64,000 nt of DNA from Lingula anatina. Its lineage: Eukaryota; Animalia; Brachiopoda. The stretch is taken from the NCBI GenBank assembly GCA_051362555.1, contig CM120641.1, positions 13,640,001-13,704,000 of the forward strand, given 5' to 3'. The stretch's first letter is position 1. Every line of letters begins with the position of its first letter. Made by a program: the position numbers and the translations under genes. Below are positions 55,301 to 64,000 of this stretch, piece by piece. The notes under the pieces were generated by a model, which made no database searches, was not told the DNA's origin, and was given only the letters and a program-made list of their open reading frames with translations.

Positions 55301-56649
55301 TTCCCTTTTTGTTAGAAAGTATTGACTTTGCGGTTTGGTGTGGCATTTGTGTGCGGAGAAAGTTTAGCATGTCATGTGCCGAATAGTCCTGCGCCTCCAA
55401 AGCAACAAACACACAGGCAGATTGCAAGACTGGAGGTCTATGAATTTTGTTGAATCTACAAATAGAGCAATAATTGCTGGCTGTTATTCTGCTTGCATAA
55501 GTCAATCTGACAGTCCTGTGTTCCTCAGAGGAGTACTCTGAACTTTGGACAGTGATTGACAGAGTATGTTGGCTGATGGATTTCCTCAAGAACACATGCT
55601 TATCCATGTTTTGTAGGCACTATGTGTTGCTTAATGCCATGGATAAGGATGTTCTTGTTTTAGTAATTATGCTAGGGTTGGGTTTTTGGTGAAATAGGCC
55701 CAGTCCCTGGAAGAGATTCAGATTGTGTTTGCTACCAATTACCAATGGCAACATGGGTTCAGATCTTTGCTTTATGATTACAGATCTTTACTTTAGATCT
55801 AATCTTTTGCTCAGAGACAACTTCAAAACACTGTTTCACTTTTGTCAACTGTTTTATCATTTCTATTATCATAGCACTGCATGGCAGGATTTGCTTTATT
55901 GGGCTATTTTCAAATTCAACAGGTAGACAGTAGAGTTGCTGGCTTAACACTTACTGAAGAAATTAGAATAAGCAAACAAAAAGGTTACAGAGATCAAAGA
56001 TTCCAATGATTTCCCATCTATTGGTTGTGAAGTCGAGCATATGACTGACGGTGTTAGAAATGAATTCAATTGACAGGTCACGAAGACAGACAGGAGAATG
56101 AGATGTTGGACTGAATTATCTATTGATTGTAGGTCAGCTTTCTTTAGTGGAACCAATTTGAACTGAAATTGGAAAGTAAGGTCAGCTAAATTGGACTAAA
56201 CAGACCCCCCAGGTTTATCCTTGGTAACCATTTGCTGATAGTTAAAAGGATGTCCCAACAATCTTTTTTTTTTACCTTTGAAAATGGTTTTTTTCTTTCT
56301 TTTTTTTCTTTTGGAAGGGTGATTGTCTTTTCAATAAAAACAGTTATATAGCAAATATATTAATATATATCCCTGTAACTTCTGTACTCTAATTAATTAC
56401 AAATGCATACTTACACAAATCTGTTTAGAAGATAAATATTAAATGAAAAGTTTTTGAGGTCTGCTTCACAATAAAAGCAGAGCATTTTTTTTTTCATCCG
56501 AGAAGTCTTGCCCTTTCTGTGCTATAAGTGTTCATTTATTGCATGAGTACAATCAATGAATCTGGAAACTCTTATTTGCCAACAAAATGTAAAAGCATGA
56601 GAACATCTTTTATGGATGGAAGAGGTTCAAAATGATCATTGTTGTTGTT

Positions 56650-56693
<44 letters not shown>

Positions 56694-58336
56694 TAGAAAA
56701 TTTCCCTTTTATCTTCCATGTGCCCGTAAGTTTCTTTTTTCTTCTTAACTGTGTCCTCAATGCATGACAACACATTTTCAATGTGCTTTATTTCTTCACT
56801 TATCTGAAAGACCCCTTTTTTAAGCAACATAGCTGAATTAACCTACCAACAAGATTTTAAATGCAAGATGTTTTTTGTAAATTCCATTGATGTAACAAAA
56901 ATCTGAAGTTCCTACCAAGAAATGTGTAGTATGTTCTAGGTATACTGTAGTGGAACTTAAATAACATAATCCTGTTTTCTGGGTTGCACAATTTGGCTGT
57001 GGTTCACTCAGCATTGTCAAGATGGATGGTAGAAGACATCTGGAATTTGATTTTCTTCTTATTGCCACTTGGTATGGAGTAAGTGAACAGTTCCTTGGTG
57101 TTAACTTTCCACCTTCAGAAAAAGCAGCATGCACTGTGTGCCTTGGGAGCCTTTTTCCACTTGAAGTCTTGACCAGTGTCCATTCTTGACCATAGTCCAG
57201 TCTCGACTATTGGTCATCTGAGGTGAAGGTTCTGGTCATGATCAGTGAAGTAATTAGCCCTGAAACTCAGATTGACAGCCTAACCAGCTATTAATGCAAA
57301 AGGGCTTAAACCAACCAATAAAATGCTACTTGAACAAAGCATGCCACACTGGACATCAATTAGGAGCTATTTCAATCCAATAGTTTTTCAATACTTTTAA
57401 AGATAAGGTTTAATGTCATTTAAAATGTATCCAGAAGTTACATCTTCTGGGTGAAGGTAGAACTCCAAAAGGCCAGAGGTGATTTCAAGTTCTTTGCCAT
57501 TAACTGTCCCACTTTCTGGGTGTAAGGCATAAAGAAAATTTTAAGAAATGACTTAACTATGTAAACTACATCCAGTGAAATCCCCCGCAAGTAGTTAGGA
57601 TTTGCTCCCAGCGGTGCCCAGTGCTGTCTGGGTTAACAGGGCAAGGTGCTTTGTAATCAACAGCACCTGTTCGCTGTCATATTGTGAATCCTAAAGTATT
57701 CTCTATGGGTATTTATTGTTTTCTGTTGACAGGTAATAAGCCTGTCCTAAACTTAATAATAAATGAGCATGTGGCTGTGGAAAAATGGGCAGGTACTTGT
57801 CAAACGTATCTTATAATATGTATTTATTGCTTGTTCATCCTCAAAAATTTCATCAGGACAACTATATTTATGGGGTGGTGATTTAATTTGTGGATGTAGG
57901 AATTTTTAGGGGACGTGTTATGATATAAATTTTCTTTCTTAAATTTTATCTCATTTTTAAACATGAAGGGAAAGCGCTTGCTCTATTGATGTCAAATAAA
58001 AAATTGGTGCTTATGTCATAAATGGGTGTGGCCTACCCCTGAAACTGGCGGTACACTTCAGATAAGCCGAAGCGGGTGTTGCACAGTTTGATTAGATATT
58101 TTTAGATAAGGCCATTGCTTTGATTTTGTTCATTGTAGCCAGATTTTTTTTTTTGTGTAACTGGCTCAATTTCTTTAAAACAAATCCCAGATTAAGTCTA
58201 TGATCCAACACACAATATAATATAAATACAATAAAATGTAAATGACAATAAATTCAGTTGGGATTTATATAATAGCTTTCCTTTTTTTTGTGCCACTTGA
58301 ATTGGATACCAAATCCCAACTGAATTTATTGTCATT

Positions 58337-58339
<3 letters not shown>

Positions 58340-58432
<93 letters not shown>
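58340..58432. repeat. (TA)n microsatellite
   Basis: Direct reading; explains the poly-YI ORFs. Confidence 0.95.
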
Positions 58433-58434
<2 letters not shown>

Positions 58435-58759
58435 ATGTGTAGACTCTAAGAAAATGTGTGACTGATGTATAGAACTGAACTCGGGCGCTTTGCTGGGACA
58501 TGTATCAGCAGTCTTTGACTCTTTGGAAACCACAATTCTTTTCCAGCACGTGCCTGGCACTCTCCGGCTCAAGTCAAGCTGACACAAAGCACACTTCGCT
58601 GTATGCATGCAATTATACAGGATAGGGAACTGCATTTCTGTCGCCTGATTACTTCAACCCGCAGCAGTTTTCAGGAGATTTTGTCGAGATTGTGAAGAGA
58701 AAAACAACTTTTTACTAACTTGCTAATTTCCTTGCGGACCAGATGTCCTGCAGTGTTGT

Positions 58760-58930
58760 TTAAAAGTTTGGTCATTGGTCAGTTCTGATTCTCCATTAGC
58801 TCCGCCCCCAAGTGTGCCAGGCAGTTACCGTGAACTGTGATTGGGTGAAAGTCAAATCTTACCTGACAATAATGCCGAGCATGCTGGTTTCTGACTGGTG
58901 ATTCTATCTGTTTGGCGTGTGGCTGAGGGA
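58760..58930 (+). promoter_or_regulatory. Candidate internal promoter ahead of the MRTF exon at 59 kb
   Basis: GC box CCGCCCCC at 58802-58809 between two inverted CCAAT boxes (ATTGG near 58774 and 58840), with locally more CpG. Confidence 0.35.
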
Positions 58931-59082
58931 TCCAACATGTGGCACTAATTATTTATGTAGCCTCACTCCTGATTATAAACTAATCTTCCTTGCTGCTGTT
59001 TTTATAGCTGGCTGCCTGACACTACAGTCATTTATGTGAAGAGTAAAGGAAGGAAGAGGAGAGATTGCATTGGAACACAGTC

Positions 59083-61340
59083 ATGGCTGCAACGGCCGTG
59101 GAAGCTGAGCTTGCAAAACTCAGTGAGTTAATGAACCCTTTGTACAACTGTATTGTTACAGATTCTTCCAATGTGCCCTGGTCCCCTTTTTATGGAGGAG
59201 CCCGTATAGACACTGAAGCTATCCAGTACATTCATAAATTCTATTGCAAAGACTGCAGGATGGAGCATGAACAGAAGGAGAAGGAACGACAGCAAATGCA
59301 ACAAAATCAACAGCAAACAACGCAGCAACAACAGCAGCAATCTCCAACAAGCCCTCAAAACTCCTTAGAGGAATATTCCCTGCAACAGTCTATGGATAAG
59401 AATAAAGAGAGTGAGTACTTCAATTTTAAAGCTTTTGTTGTCTGTTTATGTTTTGGTTTAATGTTTTCCTGGATGCCATTATGCATTATAACATAATTCT
59501 AGTCTATTTATTTACTAATAACACTACATGATATTCATAATATTGTAATGATTATGCTGCTCAAATTGCCATTCTCTAATAATCATAGTAGAAATGGTTT
59601 CAAAATATTTGACTTAGATGTTTGAATAGTATGATAATAATGATGGTTATGATGCTAGTTTCTCCTAAACATAATGGTCATTATTAGACTTCCTCTATTT
59701 CTCTGGAGTGTTGTATGGAAGTGCTGAGTGTGATAGTGATGTATAAATCTGTCAGTTCCTGTAGAGGTAACAAATGCCTCTACCTTAGTCACACATTCTG
59801 AATTTTAATGAGAAAGGTTTACTGGCATTGGAAATTGCATTGAAGCAGGATGTGCCCCATCTGAAAAGGTTAGGTATGTTACCTAAGCACCCATAACACT
59901 GATGTCATTTTATCTGGGTTTATTTCGCAGCATTATACAAGTGAAGCATTGAAAAGGATGTTTTCTCCATTTCTTGCCCAAACTTTTTAGAAGCACTTTT
60001 TTTTCTTTTTTTTTTTTTATTTCCCTTGGTTTTTTTATGGATGAATTACCTTGATGACAACTTTGAAATCAAAACCAGAATTTAACTAGGTCCATATGGG
60101 TTGTAGAAATCATTATTTTAATGTTGTGGTATCAGTCGAATGAGAAACTGAATGTATTGTGTATAATTGACTAAATGTATACCCAGAAAAAACAGTTACG
60201 ATATTCAGTTTTATATACTAATGTGCACACATGTGCAAATGAATGCTCCACCCCCCCTCAAAAAAAAAAAAAAAAAAAAAAGGCTTCTTGAGAACCTTTA
60301 AGTTTTTAAAAAAAATTTATGTCCACTGAAGTATTTAATTGTATAAGAGCTGTGGAAAATTGACTGCAGTTGCTCACCTAATATGAATTCTACAAAGACT
60401 GCTCATTTAATTGTCTTAGTGGTATTTAAAGGCTTCATGTTCGCATGCGCCTACATTATCCAATAAAAATGGAGTGGTCATGTTTGACACTCATGGTCAA
60501 ATTATCTTAATGTGATCTGCGAGTGCCAGTGTTTAAAAAGTTAAATGACAAGATTTGTTATCAGATGTCTTTTTTTTAACAAAGTAGAGGAGAGATTGAC
60601 ATCATAACACTATGCCGAGGGCCAGGCAAGCTTAGTTTCCTGTTTAGACTGAGTGTTATCCTCTAAGCCTAAAAGGTTGAATTAACTCTTGTGGTTAATA
60701 AATCAGCCCATTTAACTGCTACAGAGGTGTCACCAGATGCCCCTTGTTCCAATTAATACTGCACTTGGATGTGGCAAAGTCAAATGTAATTGTAAAAGAA
60801 AAGGCCTGTGCCAAAATCTTTTAGAAGTATGGAATATATAGGCTTTTCTTGTGCTATGATGCTTGTGTTAAGTATCTCGATACAGATACAGGGTGAAGAG
60901 AAGGACAGTTATCATACTGATTGAGGAGGGTCATTGGGATGAGTGGATGAAGGACAGATGTTCAGAAAGAAGTAGTAGATGTTTTTACATAAAATTCCTA
61001 TGCTTGTTTTTTAGGGTGAGTGAATGAAAACCACATGTAAAGAAAGAAGGAATGGATTTGTCAACTTGTTTTGGTCTCTTAACAAAATTTGTAACTGAGG
61101 AGAACAATAGCTCTAGGAACAGTAATTAGTTACTATCCTTGGAGCACTTTCTTCTCATTCTATCACTATGTATCACACAATAGTCAAGAGGTACATGGTT
61201 TTCAACTGAATGGAACACTTGATTCAACAGTTGATTGGTATTATTGTTCTGATCTTTGTCTTTTTTAATTTTAGCTCTGAAGAGGAAATTGATGCTTAGA
61301 AGACCAATCAGTGAACTAGTAGAACAAGGAATTTATCCCT
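59083..61340 (+). CDS. MRTF: Myocardin-related transcription factor (MRTF/MKL/myocardin family), N-terminal exons 59083-59410 and 61275-61340 (RPEL1); gene continues beyond the window
   Basis: GTCATGG start with an upstream in-frame TAA at 59044. The phase-1 join A|CT gives ...SLQQSMDKNKETLKRKLMLRRPISELVEQGIYP. This is an RPEL motif (RRxxxELxxxGI) resembling MRTF RPEL1 (human MRTF-A LQLKLQQRRTREELVSQGIMP). The 66-nt exon has a poly-pyrimidine TAG acceptor and a GTAAGT donor. Confidence 0.85.
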
Positions 61341-63145
61341 GTAAGTATAACATGTAAAACAGTTTGCCCGATTTGAGTACACTTGCCATTTTGGCTCATT
61401 TCAGTCTACTTGACTGTGTTGTTTTTTTTTGCATATACTTTCAGTGAAATCTGTACAAAAAATATCCAAACCATTTTGTTTCATTCCTTTTGTGTAATCT
61501 GAAGTCTTGCCCATATGCCATTTTCATTTTATGCCTAGCAAGAAAAGGGGCAGAGAAAGACACTAATTTAGATATCACCAAGCATATCTCCTTCAGACTC
61601 TGAAAAGTCTGACCCCAATTAACTTTCATGAGAACAGACTGCTTCCCTTCAGAAAATTTTCATTATGGGAACACAGATGCTCTCTGGACTGCAATCAGTG
61701 GAGACATAATATGATGTAAGATTGGGATTATCACCACTGCTAATCAGCTGCTGCCTTGTCCCTCCACACAGTGTCCCATCTTAACCTAGCACAGCAGTGG
61801 GAAGGAAGCATTGGTCATCTTCATCAATAAAATAATGTAGATCTGGGGGATACTTGAGATCGAGTGACTGACCCGTGTGTTTGAATCACAGGAATGCCAG
61901 CAAGGAGGTGGATCTCTCTCCATTGCTGGAATCATCTTGCAGAAGTGGGTGTAGTATGGAAGTAGGAAAAACATTGGCTGTAATCTAATTAAACCCTGAC
62001 ATGATAGTTAGTTCACAGCTACATGTATGTTCTGCTGGGGGTTGGTCACAAGACAGTGCATGCTGGTTCCTTCTTGCCATTGTCAGAATGATCTCTTTGG
62101 GAACCTAGGCTTAAGATGCAGATGAATACCATTAGATTTCTGGCCAGGAAGCAAAAGCCATTTTCATGGTGGCCATTGAATAATTCCACGGGCTTGTGAT
62201 TTTTGTGCCATCTGCAGTCTCTGTGAAGTATGACTATCATTGCATACTGGGGCCACTGACCATTGCCCAGTATTGGCTATCCATAGTCAGGACTGATAAG
62301 AGATAACCAAGGCACAAACAGATGATTTCTAATAATTTGTTTACTCAGTCAAGCCCTTTGAATAGACCAACTTTGCCAATAATATCACCAGAAAGAGAAA
62401 AGAAATATGAAAGGATTTGGGACTGACCATGAACTTTGTTATGTAAGAAAAATGAAGTCATTTTGGTAGAATCAATATAAGTTCAACTTTGGACAGGATG
62501 TCATCAAACTTTGTGCCAGATCCCCAATAAGCAGCAGCCAAAGATGGCCAAATTCAATTTACAGTATTAACTGTTGGTGTCTTGTAGTTTTAAGTGTTTC
62601 TGTGGCAGCTCTGGGTTTTTAGTGTTGTGTTGTTGAATTAAATTAAACTAGGACTGCATTTTGATGCACCAACTGACCAGCTCTGCCATATTCTTTCTTC
62701 ACTGAAACTTTATTGTTTTCAGCTGGACAGTGTTTTGGATTCGCTTTAGTAAACTTCAGACTTTGGGGAACAAATTAAGGGAATAAAAGTGAGCGGTGGT
62801 GGGAGCAGTGTTGCGGTGTCCAGTATCACTGGCCTGGGATACAGTTGGATGTACAGGCACAGTTCACACATAGAGAAAGCATTAATCATTTAATGGAAAG
62901 ACAGGGTGGCCAGAGCAGGCAGGGTGGACAACAACATGTTCTGTGAATGAATCTCTCCCAGAACTGCAACTGTTCTGCATGGCAGAAGCAGTGTAGTAGT
63001 AGTAGTAGTAGTTTTGGCAGTGGTAGTAGTATAGTATAGTAAATTTGAAAGTTTTCAGAAGCCAAGTGGGCAGGCAACAGGCTATCTCAATGATCTGAAC
63101 ATGTTGTAATCCCAACTCCACACAAACAAAACCACAAGCAATCTG

Positions 63146-63832
63146 GGGCCGGTTTCACAAAGCAGTAGTTAGTTAGCGATCGGTAGTTAGCCTCTCGCTA
63201 GTTATAGTGCCGTTTCACGAAGCAGTCGCTAGTTCTCTCGCTCTTTATTGTCTCGTTGTTACCTTGGATATTTAACGACTGGTCAGAGCAGTCGCTAACT
63301 CTAGAGTTTCATCGTGCGCATGCGTAATGAGTGAAATAAAAAGGTTGCTTAGTTACCGTTGTCTGTCGTTTGTCTTTGTATCCAATATGGCGGCTACCTT
63401 TCTTGCTATCCGTACCGCCAGACGGCAACGTAGACTACGGCGTTTTCATGAAAGGCAGAATCTATTAGAATATACACACGATGATGCAATTTACGAGAGG
63501 TTGTGCCTAGCTGTGACAAAAAGAGCGGCAAAAAGGTGGTGGAAATTCTTTACGACGACCTCAAAGCAGACGTTCTTATGCATTTCCAGCCACCAAAAAT
63601 TGGAGAGTTAGTGCTTTCGTGACACTTTTACGCGAGAGTTCCACTTCCGGCAGACGGTTTCGAGACTACGGTGAGTAACGAGAGAACTAACGACCGAACT
63701 TTACGACTGAACTTAGCGATGAGTTAACTACTGCTTCGTGAAACACCCCTCGAAAATCGCTAAGTTAGCTCGTTAGCGAGGTAGTTCAGTAGTTAGTTGT
63801 TCTAACTAACTACTGCTTTGTGAAACCGGCCC
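63146..63832 (+). mobile_element. Harbinger deletion derivative (non-autonomous), 687 bp, with a transposase N-terminal remnant
   Basis: Perfect 31-bp TIRs GGGCCGGTTTCACAAAGCAGTAGTTAGTTAG (63146-63176 and 63802-63832). CTG TSD at 63143-63145 and 63833-63835; a CWG TSD is known for some animal Harbingers. Sub-terminal copies of the TIR motif lie near 63212 and 63726-63745. The ORF from 63387, MAATFLAIRTARRQRRLRRFHERQNLLEYTHDDAIYERL, resembles HARBI1-like transposase N-termini. Confidence 0.9.
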
Positions 63833-64000
63833 CTGGCATGGTTGTGTTTGAATGTGTATGTATGTGAGTGTATGCGTGTGTGCTGACTCCATGGTTTCTT
63901 GCCACAAAGTCTGAGGATGAGTGTCCAGCGGCATGGCCAGTTTACCACTGTTTATTTGGCCTGATCAAACTGTATAAACCTCAGTCTTATTGGAATCTCC

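Noticed and set aside
42690-58635. ORFs with poly-I, poly-N, poly-K, IYLF and YI runs
   Set aside because: These are translations of microsatellites and homopolymers.
59065-59082. In-frame TTG upstream of the MRTF ATG as a non-AUG start
   Set aside because: It adds only 6 residues, and a good-context ATG follows immediately.

Overview
This is AT-rich, CpG-depleted animal genomic DNA, probably from an invertebrate bilaterian such as a mollusc (inference). It is not prokaryotic, so most entries in the ORF track are noise or exon fragments. Three genes are visible. (1) The last three exons of a small Cys-rich DUF4773-like gene lie on + (133-941). (2) A complete 14-coding-exon PDPK1/PDK1 gene lies on - (2643-9797, about 508 aa, kinase + PH domain) and has a clear U12-type GT-AG intron. 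(3) The 5' part of a large MRTF/myocardin-family gene lies on +, with its RPEL1 exon at 61275-61340. It appears to have several alternative phase-1 N-terminal exons spread over about 45 kb, and may share a bidirectional promoter with PDPK1 near 10.1 kb. The introns contain two young PIF/Harbinger-type non-autonomous elements with perfect TIRs and 3-bp TSDs, a 44-bp 5'-truncated RTE-like LINE tail with a 13-bp TSD, a 132-bp tandem duplication, a template-switch hairpin/duplication scar, and microsatellites. I found no clearly novel multi-gene system. The best leads are the MRTF alternative first-exon architecture, the PDPK1 ATG-only exon with uORFs, and an NRF1+YY1/ATG module shared by both transposons.
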